Source: Sphagnum compactum
Lineage: Eukaryota
DNA: 64,000 nucleotides
NCBI GenBank assembly: GCA_965153455.1
Contig: OZ234493.1
Location: forward strand, 24,852,213 to 24,916,212
Direction: 5' to 3'
The translations under genes were made by a program, and so were the position numbers. Under the pieces are notes generated by a model. That model worked only from the letters and a program-made list of their open reading frames with translations. It did no database searches and had not been told where the DNA came from. Of this stretch, positions 1 through 13,772 are shown piece by piece (the first letter of the stretch is position 1; the number at the start of each line of letters is the position of its first letter).

Positions 1-1909
1 ACATTGACATTTTACTTTTACAATTGCTTTGACATGAATGTCCCTAATGACAAATCAAATAGTACCACCATGACCTAGTTCTTGTACCTTGCCAATATGT
101 GAATTACCCTTAATTAAAAAATTTGATGATCAATCTTCGTGTTCAAGCTTGTGTTCCAGTTCATGTAATTGGTCTTGTGAATGCAATCCACACCAGTAAA
201 ATGCTTGAAGGCATCACCCCCCCCAACATAAATATTTGATCAAAACACATTTGAAACAAGTAGCTCTATATACCATGAAAAGCTTTGTCCTAAAAAAGTG
301 TTTTACATACAATTTTACATAAAGATGCAATGAAAATGTTTTCATTATTATGAACTCGTTAAAATGAGTTAAAATTTTGTTGGTTTATAAGGAAGGGCCT
401 TGAAAGTGATTTGCTCACATTTGTATTGACAAATAATTTTTTTGGCCCTCTTGATAATCATTGTGTATATTGGGAAATTCAAATTTACTTTCACATTATT
501 TAAAGTCCATAGGCCCACCACCTTTCCTTTAGCCTTACAAATGAATGTAAACATGTAAAAAAACCATATTGTGTAAGGAAATCCAAGTTTTAAAAAAAAA
601 GTGCAATCAATTTCCTTGGAAGGCTTCACAATGTGCACAACTTAAAACTAGATACTTGGATGCTAGGTTTAAGGTGAATAGAATCCCCCAATCATAGGAT
701 GGATAGAATCTAAACATAAAGAGTTGCAAAAATTTCCCACCTAATTTTTCCTGTCCATCTTGTTTCTAAGATGCTTTATTTTCAAGTGACAATTTGATAA
801 CTCTTAGATAATGTAGTGTTTTTTTTGGGTCACACTTTGGGTTTTAAGTTTTGAACGAAGGGTGTTTTGTTGTTGTGGTTGGTGGGTCTACCTAAGTAGA
901 ACAATATATTAAAAAATTGTTTCATGGTTGGCAAATGAAAAAACTTTCTACATGTGGTTTTCAAAAAGTAATAATTTTAGCCCACAAGGTGACTTTCACA
1001 TCTAGCAACCAATACGGGCCTTGTGCAATACATGATGAAACATTTGGTGATAATATATGTTCAAACCATTTGGGGATAATTAGGTGGAAAATGCAACATG
1101 TACGCATAAACATAATCACATAATCACATATGTTACACTTTAAATAAATGGAAATGTGAATGGCTTTTTTGTTATACATTGAAAATGTGTTTGGTAATTT
1201 GATTGCAATATAAATTGATATGAAACTTTGGTTGATATACTTTTTGTGCACCAAATTTGCATTTGTTTCCATGGACATATGCCCATATGTGGTCTAGTTG
1301 AAATTCGACTTTTGTGGTGCTTCCATTAAATTATGATTATTATTTGAATTTATCCATGAAATTTAATAGTTTTTGTGTTTTTTTTTTTGCATGACTTTTT
1401 TATAAAAAATGTCAACATTAAAACCTCCCAAAATCATGATTAGACAAAGCTTGAAAGAATGTTGATTTATAATTCAAAGACTATTTTAAAATGTATAAAA
1501 ATCAAACAAAGATGAACTTTATACACACATTTGATTTTTTTCTTTTCTTGTATCAATAGTAAAAGTTGTTGTTACGTATTGTTGTGTTGAAAAATTCCAA
1601 GTGTATATGTATGTCATACATCATCATAAACCCATGGCTATTGTGGATTGAAATACGTGAATACTTTGATGAATTTATATTTGTGCACAATTATTGATGC
1701 ATGATTAGGACAATTAATGTATTTGTTTATGATCAATGAACATTTTATATTAGTTGAACCTAATTTTGATTTGATGCAACTTGTGATTTTAACACAAAAG
1801 CACATTTTTCAAAAGGAGAAATATTGATGAATTGAAATGTTCAAAATCAACGATATTATAGTAAAGGAAACAAAAGGTTAAAAGAAGTTGAGTAACAATT
1901 TGTTTAACA

Positions 1910-2136
1910 CACTAATAGAAAATGGCCATTTTGCAATTGGTCCTTATGACTAATTTTTAGTTGCAAGTGACATTTGCAATTAAAATCTTAATAATCGCGT
2001 TAAACAAATCGCATTGACACTAGTTGCAAATGACAAAGAATTTTGGATGAAAAAAAATTTGAATGAAATACACCTTCATCCTTTGACTAATCATATACAT
2101 ATTGTCGCTTGCAACTAAGATGTAATTTTTTTAGTG
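1910..2136. mobile_element. CACTA-type MITE of the same TAGTTGCA-motif family
   Basis: CACTAATAGAAAA ... TTTTTTTAGTG with repeated TAGTTGCAA/TTGCAACTA. AACA flanks both sides (1906-1909, 2137-2140). A related right end, TTTCTACTAGTG, lies at 4450. Confidence 0.6.
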
Positions 2137-2589
2137 AACAATGGGAATGAGTTATGTGTTGTCATGTGTCCCAACTCTTAACAATTAAAAATATTCTATT
2201 ATTATTTTGAAATAATCTAAAACATTCAATTTTTATGTTGGGATGGTTTAGATTGTGACATGTGTTCCAATAGAAATTTGCCACATGGCATATTAATTGA
2301 ATTTGTCCAAATTAAATTTAAATCAATATTTAGGTATGTAGGTTGAACTAAATACCTACCTACCTATATACTTATCTACCCATCTAGGTTAAACACTTAT
2401 CTAAATAGGACCAATTTACCTATCTACACCCAATACCTACTTAAACGTTTGTTCTGCGGCCTCCTTTTCTGCTTGGGGCAAATGGAATAGGTAGGTAGGT
2501 AGAAAAGTAGGTAGATATATTAGGGAAGTTGGTAATTAACTGTAAATACATGAATATTTAGGGTAAAGACAAAACACCTTGTTTATACA

Positions 2590-2704
2590 ATTTTCAAGAT
2601 GAGAATGAAAGCCAAAACATATCGAATAAACTTTTTAGTTGCAAGTAGTTTGCAACTAAAAAGTTTATTCCATGTGCTTTGACTTTCATTCTCATCTTGA
2701 AAAT
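2590..2704. repeat. Fold-back inverted repeat, 55-bp arms, 5-nt loop
   Basis: ATTTTCAAGATGAGAATGAAAG...TTTTTAGTTGCAA-GTAGT-TTGCAACTAAAAA...CTTTCATTCTCATCTTGAAAAT, 4 mismatches. Confidence 0.9.
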
Positions 2705-3920
2705 ATATAAGTAAATAAGTAAATGACAACTAACTAATTAACTAACTAAATAATAAATACATTGACTAATAAAATAACTAATTATTTAATGAATAAAATA
2801 TATAATATAAATTAATAAACTTGTTAATTAATTAATTAAAAATTAAACGAGAAACTAACTAATTCATTTTATCAACTATCCAACTAACAAAAAATTTATA
2901 TTAATAATCATCAATGTATTATGATTACTGAATTCATTATATTCTTAGTCATTATTAAATATTATTTCATTTATTAGCTAGAAAAATATTAATAATATTT
3001 ACTTTCATTTATATATTAACTACAATGTTATATCAACCAATTTAATAAACTAGTATTTGGTGAATGTTGAAATAATTCGTTAATTATTAATTATTTACTA
3101 TTTCAAAACCAGATAAATTAATATAATAACTGCAATAGTTGGTAATTAATAATTATAATAATTGAGTACTAGTTTTTTTTAATCTAATAATATAATTAAG
3201 ACCTAGCCTAGGGTAATTATTTTAATATAATTATTCCCATAATTATTTTCATTTTTATAGTTCATAATAAGTTTAAATTTAAATATTTAATTATAACAAT
3301 AACATTAATTCAATTATTATTGTAGTTAGTTGGTAGCCAAGGTTGACTTTTTTATTTTTATTATTCATATAATTACTTCATTCATTATAGTTATTTATGA
3401 GTTATTACCATAAATATTATATATATATCAGTAATTTATTATAATCATTGAATACTTTATAATTAATAAATATTAATTTTAAATATGAAATATAAACACT
3501 TAAAACTATATATTATATTTCTTGGTAATTATTATAATATAATAATACTTCATAGTTGAATACTTATAATAATAATAAGAATAATGTGATTTGCAACTAG
3601 CCTAGGTTAATTATTTTGATATTAATATTATTATATATTATTATGTCATTTGTTAAGGCTATTATGATTTATTATAATTAATTGATGAATTTTTAATAAG
3701 TACATTGCTCATTTGAAAAGAATTTAGGAATAATCTAATATTATATTTTTTTAGTAAATATTTCAATAATTATATAAATATTTGTCCTATCATTATAATA
3801 TCATCGTCGTCATCATGATCATGTAATATTTTATTATTGTTATTTAAAAATTATTGAAAGATAATATTGAAATTTTGTTTTTATTACATGTAATTAATAT
3901 TAATCTAATAAGTAATAATG
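2705..3920. repeat. Extremely AT-rich low-complexity tract
   Basis: Dominated by TAAT/TAATTA/AATAA words with very little G/C. Confidence 0.8.
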
Positions 3921-6545
3921 ATAAATGTCACTTGTAATAATCTTAAAAAGTATAGTAAGATGGTTTGCATGAACTTGTAATATGGGCAGAATATATTGAA
4001 TAAATATCTTACATAAAATTTTAATATATTCAAAATATACATTAATTAAAGTAACCATAATAATGAGGCCATTTATGCTTATAATAATATTTAAATACAC
4101 ATGTAATATGGTTGTTCAATACATTCAAAATATACATTTATAAATCTTGATACAAAATTATATTCCTTTGAATTCATTAAATATACCTTTGCATATTCAT
4201 AAGGCTGCAACTAAATTGGTCACATTTGCAACTAATGGGACATAAATTGTTCTTTTTGGATGAAACCAAACTAAATGTTGTTGACATGGAAGGATGAACA
4301 CCAAAATAGTTGCAAACTAATTGTAGTGTAGTCATAAATATGATCAACACAAGAAATAGTTGCAAAAATGTCCAAATATAATTGCAAATAACTAATAGTC
4401 GCATGTAGTCACAAATAGAGTGGTTACATTTTGGCCAATTTCTACTAGTGACATTAAGAAAAACAATATTCAACTTTTGAATTGTTATATTTGCATTTAT
4501 TTTATTTACAATGCATTTTTGTATGGTAGAATGTAGTTATAATGTCATCTATTTATTCATGTGTCATATTTGATAAAAATGCATTTTTGAAAATAAAATT
4601 AACAGAACCACACATTTATCTTCATTTTCTTTTAAATATTTCAAAGATTGAAAAAAAATAAAAATTTGTGCATTGAAGTATTTTTTTGAAAATGGATAAA
4701 TTTCACTTTAAGATTTTTGTTACATGCATGGGAAGTAATGGGTAATGAAATATATATAAACCACATGGTTTTTCCTCTTACATGTACACATATGTTGATC
4801 GTGTTGGGCATTTCACAATGGATTTGGTAACAAGGATATGTCATAAGAAAATTTAATATACATATTTACAAACTATTCAAAAAATTTATTTGTGTGCACT
4901 TCACAGATAGGTAAATTTTTAATCAATAAAAGTTCATGGTCATGTAATTTGTTACCACCATTTTGAAATTCTATGACAAAGAAAAAGTCAGAAATGAACC
5001 CAAAAGGAAAATGATCTTTTATCATAAGTTTTCGAAATGAAAATGTTTTATGATTATAATATTTTGCACATGTGATAGGGTTAATTCATATCAATTTTGT
5101 TATTTGAATATATAGGAGGTCTTTTACTTTATTTGAGATATTTAATTTTATAATGTGTGTAATGTGTGCAAAAATTGATCCCACAATCTTTCTAAAGTTG
5201 TAAAGGTTAGGAAAGTTGTTGGAGGTTCAAGTTGTTAAATCATTGCAAATAAATTATTTGTAACCTTTCGAAATAATCAAGTGAATTGTGCAAGCATATT
5301 AAATCATCATAACCTAATTATGATTTGAAAATAGTATCCAGGTTTGGTTTATATCATACTTCAAAAGCTTCTAAGGTTCTAACAAGTAGTTTTTTTTTTT
5401 GTATTGCACCCAACTAGAACCTATGACTCTTTAGATGGAAAATTTAACAACTTTTTTAAAAAAGGTTTTAAATATTAGTTACCAAATCTTTAGATTTATA
5501 AAATTCCCAATGAATTATTTGTTAATGTGAAAAACCATAAAACATTTGTTAAGGTTGGCCATAAAATAATGTTGGAATTTTTTGTTTATCTAAATGTTCA
5601 TTCCAAAATAAACTTAAAGGATGAAAGTTTTGACGTAGGACAATATAACATATAATATTTTCATAATGCATTATTTTTGGAACCTCCAAAAAAAAATGTT
5701 TCATTGGATTTATTTATGTATAATTTTTTTTTCACCATTAGAATCAAAGTTATCAAATGATGACATATGATAATTCTATGAGTTTGAAATTTTAAATTTT
5801 TATACAAAGTAAACAAACTTGTCCATTGATGGTGAATGATAACATTTGGTTAACATTAAAACCTTTGTATAACGGTCTTTTGATCAAATCCTATAAAGCA
5901 AACATCACCATATTTGGATGAACATTTCCTAACATATAAGTTGATTTGTATTCAAAACATCACTTAAGGAACACACGTATTGTTGTATCATCATATGGTA
6001 GATGTGATACTATGATTGAATTTGATCAACATTTGTAAGGATCATAGTAACACTACAATGCATTTTATATTGCCTATAACCATAAGGTTTATAAATTTGA
6101 GCTATAAAAAAAATAAAAAATAAAAATCTTTTAATTATGTTAAATTTTGAACCAATGGAATGATTGTGTTGAAAAAAATTATACTCAATACTTGAAATTT
6201 GATAAAAAGGTGGTTTATTTTCATTGATATTATGTTAACAACTTGTACATGTGTATGGTGTTGAACTAGGTTTTATTTAAATTTGAAAATATACAAATGG
6301 TTGTTTTGACAATTTATTTGAAAAATATTTAAGTTATTTTCAAAAAATAACTTTCACAATAAAAACATGAAGTTATGGGAACATCTTTGATTTTTATTAT
6401 AGATGCCAATGTATATTGAATTATGTGCATTTTCTTTTAAATTGTCATGATGTTTCATTGATTAAACATGATGTTCCACATGAATTGGTTGTTTGATTTT
6501 TTCTAGACTGCATATCATGTATAATGATTGAACTTTGTAATTTGT

Positions 6546-6548
<3 letters not shown>

Positions 6549-6578
<30 letters not shown>
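6549..6578. repeat. (AT)n microsatellite
   Basis: About 15 AT units. Another (TA)n lies at ~14161-14189. Confidence 0.95.
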
Positions 6579-6581
<3 letters not shown>

Positions 6582-7408
6582 TCTTATCTTATATATGTGA
6601 ATGCATATTTCATGAAATTCATAAATTTTTATCTTGTTCTTTTAGATGATTTCACAAAAATAAGTTAGATTTGGACAAGTTTTTAATAAATACAAATATT
6701 TTTGTCATAAGCTATCCAATCAAATTATTTTTTAATGCAACAATCAAATTAAATGGAAATGTTCCATTTGAATATTTGAAAAAAATCAACTTAAATTGTA
6801 ATGGACATTACAATGGATGGGCCAAACAAAATATCATTGATGGAAACATTTGTAGTGTTTTTCATTTTTTCTCTACATAATGAATACAAACTTTATTTTA
6901 TTTTGTTGGTAATATTTGTATTGAAAGAAGTGTTCAACAATCAAACAACATATTTCAATGGTGAATTCCAACTATCTTTCAAAATGTTCATAAGTGCATA
7001 ATCAAAATTTTCATTCCAATAGAAATGTGCATTTGGTTATGAAAATGATTCTTGTTTTGAAAAAAAATGGAAATTCATCCAAATTTATGATCACTTCGGG
7101 ATCATTTATTTTAAAACATGAAAAAACTTAAGTTACACCATTAAAATATCCAATTGGTTTAAAATGTAGAAAATTATAAGTTATATGTAACAAAAAATAT
7201 TGAAAATTCATTTCACATCGAAACAATATACGTGTTGATATTTTATCCCAAACATAAATTGGCCTTTATAAATATTTAGTTATCTTGAGAATTGTAATGA
7301 CATTTCCCTTAAACTCTCGTAGTAACATATTAATATTCATTCGTGATTATACCTTGTTACAAAGCAAACAAAAATATTGCATTTAATTATTGAATATAAA
7401 ATTATTAT

Positions 7409-8250
7409 TATCATGGATGCCAATGCCATGGGGTTCATTCAATTGAATGTTCATTCATGATTTGTAATGAACTTGTACCTGGCTCTTAATTTAATTTTAG
7501 TCCACTCTTAGTTAGCTTTTAGTTAAGTTTTAGTTCACTTCCAATTGACTTTTAATTGATTCTTAGTTAAGTCTCAGTTCATTTCTACTTAACTCATAGT
7601 TCACTTTGTTCATTTCTGCTTAACCCTTAGTTCACTTTCAGTTCATTCTAACTAACTCTTGCTTCACTTCTAGTTATTTTTAGTTAACTTTGAGTTCATT
7701 CTTAATTAAACTTAGATTCACTCTTAATTGAGTTTTAGTTCATTCTTAATTGAGTTTTAATTCACTTTTAGTTGAGTTTTAGTTCATTCTTAATTGAATT
7801 TTAATTCACTTTTAGTTGAGTTTTAATTCATTCTTAATTGAGTTTTAATTCATTCTAATTGAGTTTTAATTCATTATTAGTTAAATTTTAGTTCATTTTT
7901 GATTGAATTTTAGTTCATTCATAGTTGACACATGGGTGCACATGGGTGCACATTAATGAACATGGGCCACATGCAGATTGGAAATTCTTTGAGCTAAATG
8001 CCCAATGGCTATAAATAAAGGCAAAAATCCTCATTACCTTTGGTCTGTTCAACACTAATTTGGGTACGTTTTCTTGTCATAATTTTGTTCTATTTCTTCT
8101 TTGTAATAAATTCTTGTTGGAGTTTTGTTTTTCACGTTGTGTTCTTATTCATGTTTTTCTTATTTCATAATTTGAATTTGGAATTAGGCCTACCCTTTGT
8201 TCTCATTTGGGGTAGAAAATCTTATAATCTTGGTTTCGTGCCCAATGACA
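7409..8250 (+). mobile_element. Solo-LTR-like element with 5-bp TSD (ATTAT), internal 11/22-bp satellite and TATA box
   Basis: Ends TATCATGGA (decayed TGTCATGGA) ... CCAATGACA. ATTAT flanks both sides (7404-7408 and 8251-8255). Internal TTAGTTCACTT/TTAATTGAGTT array at 7485-7930; TATAAATA at ~8010. Confidence 0.65.
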
Positions 8251-8899
8251 ATTATGTTTTCTTTGTATTTTAATCATAAATGTTGATTTAAATGTGCCAT
8301 ACTATATTGCCTCATTTGCAAAGGTGATAATTGATTTTCTAATAACTAATATATGGATTCAAAAATACAATTGTTTATTTCATATTTATATGTTGAAACT
8401 AAACAAAGATCATATGAATGCAATACATGTTCAACATCATAAACTTACTAGCTTTATCGTTTTGTTTGAAATTCGCACAAAATTTGTTATTTCATGGGTT
8501 CATGTTTTTTGCACATGGATGTTGTGCATTTAAAACACATATGCTGCACATATAAATAAGATTAAATATTTTCAACCATCCATGTGCAAAAAAATGAACC
8601 CATGATATAACAATTTCACATAGATGGTTTGCTTCAATTCATCATTCCAAAAAAGGGCTCATAAATCTTCATAAGTTTGTTTATTGAAGAACAGGGAATG
8701 TTCTCTAGGATGGTCTCTATTACTTGAATAACCTCGTGTGTGGGTGGTTACTATTGATATAATTCAGTGTAGTAGTCTACCCAATTTTTTTCCAATTCAA
8801 CCTTACTAGTGAATATAAGTCCATTACTGTTTTTTAAGCTAATACCAACAATGGATATTAATCTTTCTTGCATTATCAAAAAGAATTATTTGAAACCAT

Positions 8900-9486
8900 G
8901 TATGACAGATGTGAACATTAAACACCATCTTCTAATGGATGGAATTCATCCGTAATGTTCATCCATAACCCTTAATTAATTTCGATTAACTCCCAATCAA
9001 CTTCGAATTAAGTTGAATTAACTCCCAATTAATTCCAATTAACTCCAAGTCAACTCCTAATTAATTTCAGTTAATTCATAATTAATTCCCAATTAATTTT
9101 CAATTAACTCATAGAACTTGACTTTCGGTAGAAAAGGTTCTTAAAAAGTTTGTTTGCTTAATGCATAGATAAAAACCTCCTTGGAAGGTTTCTTGAACTA
9201 GGTCCTCGAAGGGGTATAAATAAAAGTAGGACCCTTAATTTCTTTCAGCATGTTCGACACCAGTTTTAAGCACGATCTTACACCATAGCCATGTCATGTT
9301 TTTTTTTCATATTCATGTTTACATATGTTAACATAACAAAGATTTGTTTTGCACATTTCGTATTTTTGTTTTCAGTTCTTGTGTTTTTGTTTTTGAATCA
9401 CATAATCTTGTCTTGTTCCTTGGTTGAAAGTTAGACTTAAACCTTTCTTTTATCTTTTATTCTCATGGTTCTTCGTGTCCATGACA
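8900..9486 (+). mobile_element. Second, related LTR-like relic
   Basis: Same layout as 7409-8250: AATGTTCATCCAT, an 11-bp array (8970-9110), TATAAATAAA (~9216), TGTTC(G/A)ACAC, and terminal TCGTGTCCATGACA. Left end and TSD not resolved. Confidence 0.5.
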
Positions 9487-11639
9487 AGTTTTGGTTATTT
9501 CCTGCACATGTGAACTGCATCAAAAGCTATAGATTTTATGCCCATTAAACATAATTTTTTTATCAAATGGTTTTTAAAATGACTCCTTTGTCTTACAGCC
9601 CTTTCCTTCAAAATTTCAAGACTTTGAAATTTTTGTATGATTTAGTTTTCATCAAGTTCATCCAATGAACATGTACTTTCATAGAAGGGGACATGTTTTT
9701 GTTGTACAAAAAATTTGAAGTCAATTGTATGACTTTATGCATTCCTTTTGATTTCTAAAAAAAAATGTAGTTTAAACACTTTATTACTTTAAATTACAGG
9801 ACTCAAAATGACATTTACATAATATCCAAATTATTTTTCAACTTTTTTATTAATTTAAAATGACATTATTTAATATATTAGCACACAACAATCCACTACA
9901 ATTATAATAATGTAAGATAAACAAAAGTCCAAAGTTGTCCTTTGTAGTCAATTTTTCAGTTAAACATTCCTTTTTGGTACCCGTTGATTGTGAATGGACC
10001 CTACTAACACTAATGACATTGATTTCTTCTCAAATCCTTGTGACTCATTGTGAACTTATTTCTATTTGAGGGGTATGTGGGGTCACAATCAACTTAGCCC
10101 CACCTTTGGTGTTCTGTAAAACCTTTTTATAATTTCCTAACACCATACTTAGAAATGGCTAATTCAAGTTAAGGTTAGAAAAAAATTGTTGGTAACCATA
10201 CAGTTCCATATTTCAATCCCAAGAAAACTTCCATAACAAATGGCTACACCTCAAACCCCTTTTTTTAATGCAAAATTCTAGCACATACACAAAGTTGATG
10301 TCAAGAATACAAAAGACCTTATATGAAATTTTGAGTAAACTAAAAAAAAACCTAACTACATGACAATAAACATGAAAATGGGGTGGTTAGTTTTGAGAGT
10401 TGTGAATGTGCATGTCTTTTCTGAGCAAAAGTTTTCAAACCACCTAGGAGCTAGAAATATTAGAGAACAAAAAACTTTAAAACCATCTAGGATGTTTTAT
10501 TGCATTTGTGAAAACCTTTACCTCCTCAAAGTGTGATTATTTTAGACATATTTTGACCTTCAAAAAACCAAAGAACAAATTGTGATAAAGTTTCTAGCCC
10601 AACACTTTGGAAGTTGTTTATGTAGAACATCCAATCATTCCTCCTTATTGTGGGCCAGAAAACATGAACCCTTTTAAAAGGGTTTGTTTCCACCCAGGAG
10701 GTTGAATTAAGTCATCAATTAACATTTTAATCCAAAATGAAGTAAATACATGGTAATACATTTATTTAATACATACCTTCATTAATAACTTGCATGTCTA
10801 CATGTATACATGCAAGTTGAGATTAATGCAATTTGGCATTTGATGGTGATGAGGAAGGTTTCAAAACAATGAAAATAAATGATAACAATACCTTCATTTT
10901 ACTACATATCTTAAAGGTAATTCAATTTGGTACTTACCGCCTTGAAATTTTTTCCTAGGCAACTTGGGCTCTTTGTTAGGATACCTAGCTACGTTAAAAC
11001 ATGGTATAAGAGCCAAAAAAGGTGTTGTGAATATTTTTAAAAATCAATAATAATAATTTTTTTTACATTTTAAAATAATAAAAACTCATGACCTTGAATA
11101 ATTATTGCATAAAAAATAATTAATTATGCAAAGGATTAGGTTAAAAGATATTTTTACCAAATAAATCTTGCCAGTAAGAAAATTTAGATGATCTTAACCT
11201 ACTACCCACACTCACAATTAAAAATTTATAAAATTTTAAAATATGTTTCAAAATCTCAAAATTTCAAAATTCCTTTATCACATGTAAATGGGGTGTAATG
11301 TACATGACATATTTTTTAAGAAAATAATGATATAAGAAACTAAAGCCTAAAACCGCTAACATATTTTGGTACGATTCAAAATTACAATAATTTACCAAAC
11401 TGAAATGAAAATTTTGGCAAAATTTGCAAACTTTGAAAACTTCATATTAATTATTTTACAATGACTAACACAAATAAAGTGATATATTGAAGCAACTATG
11501 TTATTTTTGATGACGAGTTGCAAAAAATAGATCATTAAAAATTTCCTTTATATGAAAAATGCAAAGGACTAAAAAAAGATTTGTGGTCATTTTATAAATC
11601 AATCATATTGGCTCCTATTAATGTATATTGACCCACCTT

Positions 11640-13290
11640 GGTTTTTTCCTAGGGTATTAAGGTTTTAAATTCTTAGGTTGTTTGGGCTCTTTCCTAATAT
11701 GTTTAGGTTTTTTCATAAGATTGTTGGGCTTTTTCCTAGCTACATGGATTTCTTCCTAAGTTGCCTAGGCTTTTTCATAGGTTGCATGGGCTCTTTCTTA
11801 AGCTACTTAACTTTTTTCCTCATTGCTTGAGCTCTTTCTTATGGTGCCTATGTTTTTTCCCTAGTTATTTGGGGTCTTTCTTATGGTGCTGATGTTTTTT
11901 TCCTAGTTATTTGGGCTCTTTCCAATGGTGCCTATGTTTTTTCCTAGCTACCTAGGCTTTTTGCTAAGTTGCATAGGTTTTTCTCCTAGCTACCTAGGTT
12001 TTCTCCTAGTCACCTAAGTTTTTTCCTAAGTTCCATAAGCTTTTATCTAGCTTCTTGGGCTTTTTTCTAGGTTGCCTAAGCTTTTTCCTAAATTGCATAG
12101 GTTTTTTCCTAGTTTCTTAGGCTTTTTCCAAGTATATTTTTATACTTTTTCATAGGTTGCTAGTGTTCTTTCATAGGAGTTAAAAAATTTCCTAAGTTGC
12201 TAGGGTTCTTTCCTAGAGAGTGTAAATAATTTCCTAGGTTGCTTAAGCTTTTTCCTAGGCTACGTAGGTTTTTTCCTAGCTATTTAGGCTCTTTCCTATG
12301 CTACATGGGCTTTTTATAAGCTTCATGGGCTCTTTTCTAGGCCCCTTTGGTTCTGTATAGGTTTTTCCCTAGGTTGCATAAACATTTTCCTAAGCTACCA
12401 TGGATGTTTCCAAGGCAACCTAGGCTTTTTCCTAGCTACCGGGGTTTCTTCCTTAACTGCTTGGGGTTTTCCTTTTGTTGCTTATGCATTTTCCTAGGTC
12501 GGTCAGGCTTTTTCCTAAGCTAACTAGGCCTTTCCTAAAGTTCTTAAGGTTTTTCATAAGATTCACGGGTTTTGCGTAGGGTGCCGAAGCCTTTCCTAGA
12601 TTGATGATCTTTTTCATAAGTTGCCTAAGTTTTCTTAACCTACATGTGTTTTTTTTCTAAACTACCTATGGAAAGATAGCAATACCTTCATTTACATTTA
12701 CCTTCATTATGTATACATGGAAGATGAGGGTATTGCAATTGGTTACCTATGTTGCCTAAGCTCTTTCCTAGGGAGCTTGGGTTTTTTGCTCGGCTACCCA
12801 ATGCTTTTTATTGGGCTTCCTTAGCCTTTTCCTATGCTATCTAGGTTCTTTCAAATGCCATGCCATGCCTAGGATTGAAGATGGACTTGTCTAGGTTTTT
12901 TTAAAAAGTCCCTAAGCTATGTTTTGCTATTTGGGGGCTTGGGCTTTTTTCTTAGGCTATTAGGGCTTTTTCCAATTAGCAAAAGTCTAGGACATAGCCT
13001 AGGACATGCTTTTTGGGGCCTTCATGGGCTTTGTTAACATATGGAGGTGGCTCATGCCTCTTGGGCATGGGCTTAGGTTTCTTGGCCTGGGGATGGGCCA
13101 ATTTTGGTTTTTTTTGGTGAGGTCCTAGCTAGTTTCTTGGATATAGGGTCAAGGTGGTTCCGCCTCTTGGGCATGGGCTTGTGCTTCTAGTCTAGACTAG
13201 ACTGGGGATGGGCTTGTCTAGGTCTTTTTGGTGAGGTCCCAAGCTTCTTGGACATGGGCTAGCTTGGCCTAGGCTTCTTAGTCATATGGT
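11640..13290. repeat. Degenerate minisatellite, 20-21-bp unit (consensus ~GTTGCCTAGGCTTTTTCCTAG), with local 42-bp dimers and a GGGC-richer variant after ~12850
   Basis: Dozens of CCTAGG/CTTTTTCCTAG units are visible. The ATGGTGC...TTCCTAG dimer recurs at ~11841, 11883 and 11924. Confidence 0.9.
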
Positions 13291-13772
13291 TGAACAAGGT
13301 CAATGTTTTTCATTAGGATGAAAAATCCCTAATACGGATGAAGCCATATGGATTGTATACCTACTAAATGACACAAATACAATATACAAAGTTGTCAATG
13401 ACCCAAGGCTAGATTTGCATACACATTTAGACCTAGGGTCAAATATGCATATAATTTTAGACCTAGGGTTCATTGGGGTGGTTCAAAAACCTCTAAGTTT
13501 AAGTTCTCCTAAAATTATCCCTAACTCTACACCTAGGATACTTTACATGGGATACTTAACTCTAATTGGATGAAAGTGGATGGGCAAGGGGTTAGCACAA
13601 GCCTAGCTTCTTTTGCTATTCCATACTTTACCCTTTATAAAGCCCTAGCCTCGAGCGTTACCCCGTAGCATATGCACACACAAACACCTTCTACTCTTCT
13701 TGAGAAAGGAGTAGGCAAACAGACAAGCACACATGCAAGGCCCACAATGCATGCATGCTTACCGGAGATCAA

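Noticed and set aside
3925..4455. Complete CACTA element from CACTTGTA (3929) to CTAGTG (4450)
   Set aside because: The left end matches poorly and there is no TSD; only the right end is credible.
11640..13290. CRISPR-like array
   Set aside because: Units are adjacent and degenerate with no unique spacers. There are no cas genes and the context is eukaryotic.
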